Shown: positions 11,843-23,044, counted from the whole stretch's first letter. The stretch is DNA of 63,304 nt, filler included, from 11 parts of 11 records of this genome joined end to end with filler, not necessarily neighbours in it, one strand, 5' to 3'. Numbers and translations: made by a program. Notes: generated from the sequence alone by a model not told the origin.

Positions 11843-12378
11843 TGCGTGGGCGGCGCTTTAGTACCGTGGAATGCGCTCAGCGACGAAAATCGCCTCGACG
11901 AGCTGCTTCCGGTGCACGCGTCGACACGCACGCAGTCCCCGAGGGGTATCGATGCGTTCCGAATCGTTGAAACGCGTGCACCGCGCGACTCGCACGCGCG
12001 ACGCGACGCTCGCGCCGCGAGACGCACGCGCGCGACGACGCGACGACGCGCGCGCGCTCGCATCGCGCTCGGGAGTGCCCAGATTGGCTGCTGCACAGTA
12101 TACATGCTGAACATGGAGCTGAAGACTCGCATTAATGCGATGAACAGTAGGTCCACAATATGGAATCTTCTATATCAAAGTCGTAGTTCCGCACAAAACA
12201 GTCCCAGTTTCTGCGTGCTTCCTGTTCCCCGCGGCGCGCTCTCGCGTGCACATGCTGGCTGCTGGGCGGGGTTCGTCGCGCGCCCCAGAGCTAGTAGGGA
12301 CCCTACTAGCTCCCACTAGGTTACTACTGGCGAGCGCGTGAAGCGCAACTTATTGCGATCGGGAGTGGGACCGCCAGC

Positions 12379-12540
12379 ATGGATGGCGGGGGTGCTGTCG
12401 AGGAGAGTCGCATGGAGCGGCTGGCGCGCCTCAGCCGTCGCGCACGCAATGCCGCTGCTGAGGCAGCCGCGACTGCTCAGGCGCGAGCAAGCCGGATGGC
12501 GGAGGATGTCGCGGCTGCATCGGCGGCGCCGGAGATGCCG
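12379..12540 (+). CDS. First exon of an unidentified gene, truncated by contig end
   Basis: ATG, helical-looking peptide ESRMERLARL, then a GTGAG donor at 12541. Divergent from the BTB gene. Confidence 0.45.
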
Positions 12541-12912
12541 GTGAGCGACCGCCGCCGTCTGTCCGTCTGTCCGTCTGTCTGTCTGTCTGTCTGTNNNNNN
12601 NNNNNNNNNNNNNNNNNNNNNNNNNNNNNNNNNNNNNNTTAATTAATTAANNNNNNNNNNNNNNNNNNNNNNNNNNNNNNNNNNNNNNNNNNNNAAGGAG
12701 AGGAGAATTAGATTCAGATTATACTATACTAATGTATATTATTAGGTAGATAGATATTTGGTTATTGATAGATACCTATTATATTGATAGATCCCCCCAA
12801 CATCTCAACATTAGGTATTTGACACATGACGATCCACTATGATTGTGTACGTTGTCGGTTGCCACCACTTGGGAGGGGTGAGCCCCTTGTGTATGATACA
12901 AGTAAATTACCT

Positions 12913-14355
12913 TCATGCTGAGCGAAAGCTACCGTGTGCCAGAAACAACCGCACGTCGGTGTATGTTGGCATCGATGCACCACCACCAGTGAAATCACCA
13001 CTAGTAGCAAGTTGCACGCGAATCTCATTGATGTTGAGTGGATTCCCACCCTGCTCGGCCACGGCAGCGCTCGCTGCCCGCACCGCCTCAACGCACGGTT
13101 CGCTGAGTTCTGGCAGTCGAGGTAGATCCAGGGGCAGTCCACTCGCCTGCGCATCGAGCAGGTAGCCCACAACCGTACTTGGACGGATGGCTTTCTGAGT
13201 CGCCACTGCCTCCACAGACAACCCCTTGTCCATGAAAAGTCGGTACGCCTCCTGTTTGCTGGGGCTATTTGGCAGAGGTATGCTCGCGACGTCCCCTACA
13301 AGTTCTGATGGGTTGGTCCGCCTCATCGCAGTCGCGGCGTCACCTGTTGCAAGCAGCGTGTCGAGGAACGCTTTTACCTACGCGCCGACACTCCACCCAA
13401 TGGCATTGTTTCAGTCACACCATATGGACCCACCGACAGCTAGTTGACTCGCGACAGTGTTAGTAGCCAAGACATGATTTAGAACGAGCATGATAGCCCG
13501 CGCATGGCGACTTACCCGTTCCTCGCACGTCGCCCACAGCTCCGGATCAAAGTGGAACTCCTTCTCCAGCGCCAAGCCATCGTAGTTCTCCACGTGCGTG
13601 CATCGTGACGAATCGATGGCGACACTCTCTGAGGTGCGCTGACCCTCCAGCAACCACATGTAGGCGCAGAGCTGTACCTCCTCGTACTTAGGAATCAGCC
13701 CGAATAGTCGGCGGCTGCGGTTCTTTGTCTCAACAATTCGTCCATCGGCGGCGATGCCGTCGACCTTGCCTCGCACTACGACGTCATACCCGGCGTGCGT
13801 AAACCACAGCTTCGAGTGCAGGACAGCATTCCGCTCTGTAACTGGCTGGCTGAAGCTGTCCAGTGCACCTGCCTCGAGCGCTGCGCCACGCTGCAGACGG
13901 ACGTCTGTAATCAGCTCCGCCTTGACGGCACGCAGTTCTGGACTCGCCGAAGTGAGCCGCAACACCTCCTCGTGGCTGTCGGACTCGCGCTTCTGCGCCA
14001 CGCTCGGGGCCACCACAGACTGTTGTAGAGCCGCCGATAGCACGGCTGCTGACGCTGTGGTTTCCAGCTGCTGCGACTCGGCCACTGCCGCCAGGACCGG
14101 TGCTGATAGAGCGTGCACCGCCTCCTCAACCCGAGTCGGGAACTGAGGTACCACCTGCCGTCCGAGCTGCTCCGCAAGCTGCATGTTCCGCTGCAAAAAC
14201 TTCTCCTCGGCCTCTCTCCTCTTCACGAATCGGTTGAGCCCTGCGATCTGCGCGATCTGGCTCGCGGCGATGTGGAGCACCGCTGGTGTCCGTGCGATGT
14301 CCGCACATGTAGAGCTGCTGCTGCGCCGGCAGCAGCGCAAAACTATCCGCCACAT
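12913..14355 (-). CDS. YqaJ/lambda-exonuclease-like PD-(D/E)XK nuclease fused to C-terminal HTH_40-like domain
   Basis: IAASQIAQIAGLNRF, RG..LE, GKVDG, VETKNR.RRLF..IP.YE.VQ..AYM. Phase-0 intron 13378-13515 (GTAAG..TAG) joins to SPSKQEAYRLFMDKGLSVEAVA...STVVGYLLDA, resembling the RecQ/WRN-type C-terminal HTH. Confidence 0.8.
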
Positions 14356-14622
14356 TACACTGTGTACACTGTACAGCTGTAGTGTGTACTGCGAGTGTCT
14401 CACATTTACGAATGGTGTAGATCTAGCCCGCCGCCCGTAGCAATTGATCCTGATTCGTGATTGCGCAAGGGGTTGAAACTTGAAAGGGCGCCGGCGCGCC
14501 CCATCGGCGCGACACGCGCCGCCCGGGGCCGCCGCCCTCCTGACCAGGCCTTGTGCACGTGTTGATGGTGGGACGTGGGCAAAGCGTGGCGGCTGTTGAG
14601 GGCACGCGTACACTACGAGAGC

Positions 14623-15545
14623 ATGCTGCGCGCCCTATGCGGGACGCTGCCGAGACGGCCCGACCAGCAGAGGCCTCTGCAGGTCGCGATGCTGCGACAT
14701 GGCGCACGCGCTTCTGCTCCGCCCACGTCCCGACTGTGTGGACGGCCGATCTTGCGGCACCAGGCGGCAACGGCAGCGCGTACTGCGCGGCGCGCGTGGG
14801 TGCCAGTGCTCATCCCTGGTGACGACGACATCATGCGCACGAAGTTCGGCGGGCGGCCGTACATTCCGCAGGGCCGCGAGTGGCCGCTGTGCCCTGTTTC
14901 CGGGGATCCGCTGCTGTTCCTGTGCCAGCTCGTGGCACGTGATTCACCCCTGGCAACGAAGGACCCGGACACGATGCTGCAGTTCTTCGCGCGAGCGGAT
15001 GCAACGGCGGTGCGCGATGACACTCACGGAAACGTGCTCGCGAGGGCGGTGTGCGCCCCTGATCGGTGCCCTGCTCCGCCGAACGCTGTCATTCCACCAG
15101 CTGCAACGCTGCTTGAGTCTGCCACGGTCTCGTGCTGGGACGAGCACAGCGACTATCCCGATCGCGAAGAGCCGGAGGTTGCTAGCGCGCTCCCTGCCGA
15201 TGACAGCGGTGAAGGCGATGCCTGCGTGGAGCGCCTCCATCCGGCCAGCGGAATCAAAGTTGGTGGCTGGCCGTATTGGGTGCGCGTCACTCGCGGCAGC
15301 CTAGCAAACCGCCTACTGCCACCTCTTGCCCTCTGTTGACCTCGCCGCCGGCCCGTCGCACACAGATTCAGGCTTGTCGACGGCCGCACTGCGATGAATG
15401 TGGTCGCGAGATGGACATCGTGTTATTGCAGCTGGATTCGCGCGATCCGGTTTTCCGGGGCTGTTTTGGGGACGGTGGCATTGCCCACATCTTCCAGTGT
15501 CACGACCACCCTAAGCACTTCCAGTTGCACTGGCAGTGCATGTAG
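14623..15545 (+). CDS. DUF1963/YwqG-like protein
   Basis: TKFGGRPY...WP.CP..G.PL.FLCQL. Intron 15280-15365 gives KVGGWPYW|IQ...C.ECG..M..LLQLDS...FGDGGIAHIF...WQC. Start codon uncertain. Confidence 0.82.
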
Positions 15546-15815
15546 CTCGTCGCTACCTCCGGCGATCTAACTAGTGGTCGCGGATAGAGCAGAGCTGCAG
15601 CGTGCACGGGACTGGAATAAACGAAGACTTGTTGCGTTAGCTGTTGAGTCAGGGCACACATACCCACTTGTGTCGTTCCTCCCCGGCCGACAGCTGCTTG
15701 CGTGCACAAGTTCCCACCGGCGCTCATGGTGATGGCGTGCGCTCTACCAACGACCCTAGACCTTTTCACTTGTCTGCATTGGTACGCGTTCATCCCTCTC
15801 ACGGAAAATCGACCC

Positions 15816-17168
15816 TCATGACGCCGTCGAAAATGAACCACGATATTCGTGGTCATCATAAGGCAGTCGATTCTGGAGTATCTCGCTGATCCTAGATTCG
15901 AGCTTGCGGGATCTGGCTACACCGATTTTCTCTTTCCAGTGGTCGTCGCGGCGGAAGTGGTCGAGCTTGGTATATCCGTCGCACGTCAACTGTTCTACAG
16001 TACTCTTGCCAATGCCATCAATCTTTCCAAGGGACCACACGTGATCAGCCGCGAGCCTATTGCAGAAATCTACATGCGACCCTTCAGTCTGTAGCCATAG
16101 CCGTAGAAGATGATCGGCAAGGGCCTCGTTGGTGGCTGGCCTCTGGTGTTTTTTGAAAGCATCTCTGTCAATCTCCGATTCCGTCTGTTGATGTAGCTCT
16201 TTCCCGTGTCCACCTCCCTGATGCACGCGCCTGGGCATCAGCGTTACTACTCCCGTGGAATGCCCGAGATCACGCTGACCGTTGTGATGCCAATCATATC
16301 CTTCGGGGTTTTTCCCGTCCGATAGGCGTAGGTAATCCGCGGGGGTGACTTCAGTGATGAAATTCTCGTGAAACCGAACTTCCCAGGTTAAGCCGTCGTG
16401 CGAGGCTGCGAGGCGTGCCGCGTGCTTGCCTTCTAGATGGTCACAGCCCCGAGAGCCGACGCCGAATCGGTCCCTGCTGGAACGGTGCTCGTCAGATACT
16501 CTATCGGGGTCGTCTGGATCCAGCACCTCGGTTGGCTTGTGCGTAAGCTGGTATTTTTGGAACATGAGAAGGTGCAGCTCGTGCCTCCCCACCTGCCGCT
16601 GCGCGCCGCCCGGCAGCTCGATTGTGTGGCAGACCAGCGGTTCGGCGGCGTGGTCAATGTGCGCGATTTTGACGATGACCTTTGGCTGGCGATCATACCG
16701 GCTTACTTTCTCGTCGCAGTAGGCGACGACGGAGCCGACGTCGAACACGTTGGTGGTGGTCGACTGCGTGGGCTGCGCCGCGCTCCTGTCCAGTTCTGGC
16801 TCACCCTCAACTAGCTCGCCCGCCGGCTCCGGCTCCGGCTCCGAGGCTGGCGCCGGTCGCAACGTTACCACTCCAGCAAGCGCGGTGCCACCCGTCTGAA
16901 GCAGCGGGCTCGATGAGGGGTTGTGCCGGCGGCCACGCGCCCGAGGCGACGACCGGCGCCTGGCTCGATTCTTCGTCGCGTGGACAAGCGGGGCCGCCGC
17001 ACAGAGCTCCATGCCGGCCGACGCTGCGGCTGACATGGGAGGCGCCATGCACAGCGTACTCGCATGGCGGCCCACTTGTGGCGGCAGGCCCTTCGGCAGT
17101 GGTGCCACGACCTCTGGCAGAGGCATGACGGCCCGGAGCCGTGGAGGAGACCTCGCCACGGCGCGCAT
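15816..17168 (-). CDS. Protein with SH3/Tudor-like segment, WHH-type HNH/EndoVII nuclease motif and C-terminal helix-hairpin-helix; start uncertain
   Basis: GKNPEGYDWHH...GVVTLMPRRVH...H, then LGKIDGIGKSTVEQL...KIGVARSRKL. Upstream FDVGSVVAY...HTIELPGG.QRQV. Confidence 0.65.
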   Translation of the reverse strand: MRAVARSPPRLRAVMPLPEVVAPLPKGLPPQVGRHASTLCMAPPMSAAASAGMELCAAAPLVHATKNRARRRSSPRARGRRHNPSSSPLLQTGGTALAGVVTLRPAPASEPEPEPAGELVEGEPELDRSAAQPTQSTTTNVFDVGSVVAYCDEKVSRYDRQPKVIVKIAHIDHAAEPLVCHTIELPGGAQRQVGRHELHLLMFQKYQLTHKPTEVLDPDDPDRVSDEHRSSRDRFGVGSRGCDHLEGKHAARLAASHDGLTWEVRFHENFITEVTPADYLRLSDGKNPEGYDWHHNGQRDLGHSTGVVTLMPRRVHQGGGHGKELHQQTESEIDRDAFKKHQRPATNEALADHLLRLWLQTEGSHVDFCNRLAADHVWSLGKIDGIGKSTVEQLTCDGYTKLDHFRRDDHWKEKIGVARSRKLESRISEILQNRLPYDDHEYRGSFSTAS

Positions 17169-17829
17169 CTTGCAGAACCAGTATCACCGCGGGCCGCGCT
17201 GCTGGGCTCGCTGCTGACCTTCCGGTGCTCCTCCCAACGCGAGGAGGCCTTCGGCGCACCATGCCATGGGGCCTCGCCATCGTGGCGCCCTTTGAGCTTT
17301 GGCAAGTGAGTCGCCATCGACATCGCCGCCACCCGGCTTGTACATACGTACTGTTGCATCTTGCATACTAATTACTAGATCTAGATCTAGTACTATCCCG
17401 TAATTGACCCGGTTCTTTCCCCCTAATAGGGGGGAAAGAACAATTGAGCTTGGCGCGCCGGGCTAGCCACCACAACTGCCGCTCAGGGCTATCTGCGGGT
17501 CCACTGGACCAAGGTTGTGCTAGCAAGGTGTGGTGTGGGTGGTGGTGGCGCTACCACATGGGCTAGCGTGGCCACAAGGAGGGTAAACAGGGGTGGTGCC
17601 CCAACATAGGCAATATGCGAATCAATCACTCCGCAGTCAGTCAGTGCCATGCATTCAGNNNNNNNNNNNNNNNNNNNNNNNNNNNNNNNNNNNNNNNNNN
17701 NNTTAATTAATTAANNNNNNNNNNNNNNNNNNNNNNNNNNNNNNNNNNNNNNNNNNNNGGTGCTGCTGGTGCTGGTGCTGCTGCTGCTCGCTGCTGCTGC
17801 TGCTAGTGCTAAGTGTCGCTACTAGCGGG

Positions 17830-20800
17830 ATGGGCGAGGCAAGCGCTCCCTGTATCGCGCGATGGCGATCGCTGAAGGATTACTTAGCAGAGGACGGGGC
17901 AGAGATAAGGACCGCCTTGATGGCCCTCGAAGGTCAGCCGCTCCCTACCCCTATCTCGCCCTCTCTGCTCTGCTCTGCCCTGTCGCCTATGCCTGCACGC
18001 TTGCTGCTCTGGATGCTCCCTTCTTCTGTCCTGAGGAACGCTGCTACTCGAGCAGGGACGATGAAGGCGAGCCGCAAGGAGCTCACCGAGAGGACCAAGG
18101 CCTTCAAGGACGTACCGATGGAGGAGCGGGGCGCGGCCTGCGGGGCGCTGATCAAGCAGTACCAGAAGGAGATCGATGCGCTGACCAAGCGGGGGAACAA
18201 GGCGACCAAGGCGTACAACGCGCTGCTGGACAAGGCGATGGAGCTGGAGCACTCCGCCTCCGGCGGCGGGGACGGCGGCGGCGACCTGCTTGAGGCCGCG
18301 CTGGCGGACGGCGGCGGGGACGGCGGACAGAGCCAGGCGCTGGCGGACGAACTGGCGGCGCAGCTGGAGGTGCGCACGCAGGAGCTCGGGGAGATGCACG
18401 AGCGCGTCCGGGTGCTGGAGACGGAGAAGGCGCGGCACGACACGCAGCTCGAGCAGGTCACTGCGGCCATGGAGCGTGAGGCACTTGCCAAAGCCGAGAC
18501 GCACGCGGAGCTGCAGGCGCTGCGCGAGGCGGAGGCGTCCCGCGCCGCGGAGTCGCTGCGCGTCAGCCCCGACGAACTCGAGCAGCAGCTGACGGAATGG
18601 CAGAGGACTGTGGCTGAGCTGCAGTCGGAGCTGCGCTCCGCGCACGAGCAGCGGCAGGAATGGGAGGATCAGGCAGCCGCGGCGCACGCCGCGACGGATC
18701 GAACAGCTGCGCAGCTGAGCGAGGCCCGTGCGGCGGCCGCTAGCGCCAGTGCAGAGGGCACGTCATCTCTGGGTGCTCAGCAAGCAGCGGAGGCCGAGGC
18801 CAAGGCACTGCAGGCCGAGGTCGCCGAGCTGCAGGCCGAGGTTGTGGAGCTCCGAGATGGCCAGCAGCGCGAGTCAGCCGAGCGAAACGGGCACGTCACG
18901 GCGGCCGAGGAGCACGCGGCCGAAGTGGCAGCGCTGCAGGATAACTTGTACGCCGAGGTCCAGCAGGAAGTCAAGGTCCTGCGGGCTCTGAAGTCAGAGT
19001 TCGAGGCGTTCAAGACCGAAGCGGCAGGGAAAGAAGAGCAAGCTGTTGCCGCAGCGTCCGAGTTGGCCAAGCAGCTCGCCGAAGCGAAACGCATTGCTCA
19101 AGCTGCGGAGGCGATGCGGCAGCAAGCAGAAGTACAGCTTGCTGAGCACATGGCAGCAGCTGGCTCGGCTTCCAGCGCTGTTAATGATGCCGAGGCACGG
19201 GTTGTCGAAGCTGAGGCTGCACTGGGAGCTGCCCAGGCGGAGCTGTCCACGTGTAGCGCTGCGCTCGCGGACAAGGAGCAGCAATTTGTTCGGTCAGAGG
19301 ACGCGCTAAACAAGCTGCGCGACGAGCGACTGGTGGACGCGGAAGCCGCCGGTGACCATGCGGCGCAACTTGCCGAGATACGTGAGGCAGCCGCCTCCTT
19401 GGAGCACCGGTGCAATGAGCTGACAACGGCTCTATCGCAGGCTGAGGCAGGCGCTGCAGACGCGATGGAGACAGCCAGTCGCACCAAGGCCGATCTAGCT
19501 GCCTGTCGCACTCAATTGCAGGACGCGGATCGCGCGGCTGCAGCAGAGGTTGAGGTTTTGAAAAGGCAGATGGAAGACGCGGCATCGGAAGCCGCGAAAA
19601 AAGTGGCGGAGCTGGAGGCGGAGGCGGAGAACAGGCTAGAAGAAGCCGAGCTGCGGCACGAAAGACAGCTGCAGAATGCGGACAAGCTGAGGACAACACT
19701 GGAAGCTCGGGCAGCCGCGACTGCTTCGAGCTCCTCGGAACGCGTTGCAGAGCTTGAGTTGGCACGGGATGAATCTTTGACGCAGGTGCGCAATGGCCGC
19801 TTCTGCTCAATCAGTTGTTGTCCAACAACGGCGTCCGAAGGATCACGACCGCGGACTGCAGCAACTGCTTGCTAGCTGAAGCCGCTTTCTTTTCACCTAT
19901 TGCTTGATGCTGCTTGACTGGTTTGCTGATATGATTTCATGCGATATCATGATCGCGATATGCAGCTGGAGGAGGCGACTGCCGAGATCGCACGACTGTC
20001 AGCAGGGGCTATCAAAGCTGAGCGGGAGCACGCAGAGGAGGTAGAGCTGTTGGGAGCGAAGCTGAAATTAGCACGGCAGGAGACAACCGCATCGGAGCAG
20101 GGGCTGAGCGTGGCGTTGGAGAAAATCAAGGAGCTGGAAAATCTGAACGTAAAAGTTAAAGCTGCCTTGTCTGAGGCCACGGCGGAAACGGGGAAGGAGG
20201 CGGTACTAGCTGCGGACATGCGCAGAGAGATCAAAAAGTTGCAAGAAGAGGTCACCGTGTTAGCTCCGTTGCCTGAGCAGCTCGCAACAGCGCAACAGCA
20301 GCTGGCGCTCGTCACAGAGTCACACTCGACAGCGGCCGCCAGAGCGGAACACTTAGCGACAGAGGCAGTGGAGCTGGGCGACTTACGAGAGCAGCTTGCG
20401 GTGGCGATGTCTGAGCGAGACGTGGCGGCGAGCAGGCTGGCTGAGGCTCAAGAGATGCAAGAGGAACTGCAGGGCGCAGATGACAAACGGAAGGCACGCT
20501 TTGCTAAGATGAAAGCAAGCTATGATGCACAGCTGGAGGAGCGCGACGCGACCATTCGCGAAGCGGAGCAGAAACTGGTGAGTTGCGCAACCACGGCTGC
20601 ACAGATGCGAATTTCGATGCAGTACCTGTTCGACCTTCTCTTCGCATTGGGAATCAAAAACTGCTTCTGGACTGTACGTGCTGATTCCATTGCAGTTTCG
20701 CAATTTCAGATGCGCGTGTGTGTGTGTCAGGCTACCCTCTCTGAAACGGCTAGCGAGTTAGAAAATCTGAGAACACAGCTGACTGAGGCTACAGAAGCGC

Positions 20801-21696
20801 GTGAGCAGGCGATCCATAGCTGCACAACTGCCGAAGAGGCGTCGAGGACCGCGCTGGCGCAGTCAGAGGCTTTAACAGGAAAGCTGGCGGCGGCGGAAGC
20901 CACGGCAGCGAGGTTGCAAGAGCGGGCAGAGTGCAGTGGCGAGGCAACGGCGGACCTCGAGCTTAAGATTGCGGCGGCTGAGAAGGCTCGAGATGAAGCA
21001 TGTGCAACCGCAGAACACGCAGAGAAAATGCTCGTGGGCGTTCAACAGCAGGCAGCCGCGGCAGCCGCGGACGCTGCGGAGAGTGAAGCGAAGGCAGTGG
21101 AGCTCCAGGCACGCCTCGATGTCGCGCTACATGCCGAGGAGGAGAGCGCAGCACAGCTTATCAAGCTGAGGGAGCGTGGTGCGCACGCACTAACAACATA
21201 CTGCGACTTACAGCGAGTGGCACATCCCTTCTAGCACGTCAACTCCTTTCTGTTGAAACGTGTGAAGCTGCTGAAACTCGGTGCTAATCTCGGATGTACT
21301 TTGCCTCAACGTGTCTCAACAGAGCTCGGGCGTAGCTCTCCGACGAAAGGCCCGGCAACCCCGGCGCGAACACCAGTGCATGAAGCATACCCAGATGGTT
21401 CGTCGCAATCACCCGCCGATATCGAAGCTGGTGACCTGGACTCGGGCTCGGGCTACGGCAGCCTCACGCCAGTGGGGGCTGGCGATGACAGAGGCGCTGC
21501 AGCGGCCGGAGCAGTTGCAGCCGAAGCCCTGGAGGTCATTGGCAGAGTCGGAGCAAAGGTAAGCAGCTTGGCAAGCGCACGGGCGAGCGGCCTCGCACCA
21601 CCATGGATAGTTCGACTGCGACCAGGAGCGAAGGCGGGATGCCAGACGACCTACTTACTTTTCCTGCACCTTGTTGCCATGCGGTGTGTGATTTAA
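17830..21696 (+). CDS. CASP: CASP/Coy1-like golgin: CUX1/CASP N-terminus, long coiled coil, C-terminal TM
   Basis: SRKELTERTKAFK...LIKQYQKEIDALTKR and C-terminal YLLFLHLV. Introns 17933-18055, 19786-19965, 20578-20730 and 21179-21322 join the three ORFs in frame. Confidence 0.75.
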
Positions 21697-21750
21697 TGTT
21701 AAGGCGTGAAGATGTAATGTTTATGTCACTATGTTGATTTAAAACGATCC

Positions 21751-22806
21751 TCAATCCATCGCCTCCACGTCAAGCTCCTCCTCGGAAGGCATTTCGTCCT
21801 CCTCGTCTGATGAACTCGTCGCGTCGCCGAGGCTGTACATCGGATTTTGACTCAAACTAGCAGGTCCTGTGAGGGAGTTGCGACTGTTTGCGTCGGCGAA
21901 GAGCGGATTCTGCGTCGAGCCACCAGCTTTAGAGTTCTTTTTGTTGCGGCCTATTTTGGCTTTCTTCTTCGATTTGCGACGGCCTGTGCCACCAGCAATT
22001 CCGCCACCTGCTGCAAACACAGGGTTGTCGAATTGCTGGCGCCCGCGGGGTTCAACACCCGCCTCGTCATCGCTGTCATCCGACGATGCTTCGAGACCTT
22101 CGATGACCATGTCCAGATGCTGCGAGGGGTCCGGTTCCTCGTCGTTCACATCGCCAGTCGACAACAACAGCCCGGACACCGAGCGACCCCACTTTCTTTT
22201 CGCTTTCTTATCGCGGGACAGTTCCTTAAAGACGTTAGGCTTCGAGTTCACCGAATTCGCCGCGTCAACATCTTCATGCCCGTTAGCATACAGATCCTCT
22301 TCTTGCAGCTCCTTGTGCACTGTGAGCGCTTCAATACCTGAGAAATCACGTTCCCATTCCTCATCGTTGAGCTCGTTGTCAATTGGCAACGGTAGCACAC
22401 CAATGAGATCATCGGTCTCCTTTTCGTCCTGAACCTTTTCGGCCTCTTTCGCGAAAATCAATTCGATGAGGTCAAATTTCGGCTGATGACCGTCCCTTGC
22501 TTTATCGATCCTGAACTTGGAGACTCCATCCTTTTCTGCACGCTTCCGCAGCGTGCCGATATCGAGCTCAGCTAGCTCTTTCCTGATCGCAGCCTTTTCG
22601 GTGCTCTCGCCCTCCTTTGAGCCGTAGAGTTTGATTATCACGCTCTCGAGGTCGTCCGGCTGCTCATCAACCTCTTCGTCGGCCAGCGGAAACGACAGCG
22701 TCTGGCCGGTGCCTTGGTTCCACGACGGCTGGTCGATCACCTCTTCAGTTTTTGGGTCTACGACCCACGAGTAGGCTGTACGCTGACTCACACCGTTCAC
22801 ACGCAC
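21751..22806 (-). CDS. 3' part of an unknown gene: C2-like strands interrupted by a small SAP/HeH-like helical module, acidic tail with NPxF/Y motifs
   Basis: Open to the contig end. PSWNQ...LSFPL, IIKLY, DDLIGVLPL; IRKELAELDIGTLRKRAEKDGV...PKFDLIELI; FDNPVF, QNPLF, QNPMY. Confidence 0.6.
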   Translation of the reverse strand: MRVNGVSQRTAYSWVVDPKTEEVIDQPSWNQGTGQTLSFPLADEEVDEQPDDLESVIIKLYGSKEGESTEKAAIRKELAELDIGTLRKRAEKDGVSKFRIDKARDGHQPKFDLIELIFAKEAEKVQDEKETDDLIGVLPLPIDNELNDEEWERDFSGIEALTVHKELQEEDLYANGHEDVDAANSVNSKPNVFKELSRDKKAKRKWGRSVSGLLLSTGDVNDEEPDPSQHLDMVIEGLEASSDDSDDEAGVEPRGRQQFDNPVFAAGGGIAGGTGRRKSKKKAKIGRNKKNSKAGGSTQNPLFADANSRNSLTGPASLSQNPMYSLGDATSSSDEEDEMPSEEELDVEAMD

Positions 22807-23044
22807 AAGGANNNNNNNNNNNNNNNNNNNNNNNNNNNNNNNNNNNNNNNNNNNNTTAATTAATTAANNNNNNNNNNNNNNNNNNNNNNNNNNNNNNNNN
22901 NNNNNNNNNNNGCACGAATGAAAGTACGAGATTGAACCCACTTCTGTTCCCAGCTCGTGGGTCCGCTACAGTCTCGTAATCATTTTCCGCACGCGGCACG
23001 GAATTTGTATATAAAATTGCGGTGAGTAATGCATAGATGTCAGT

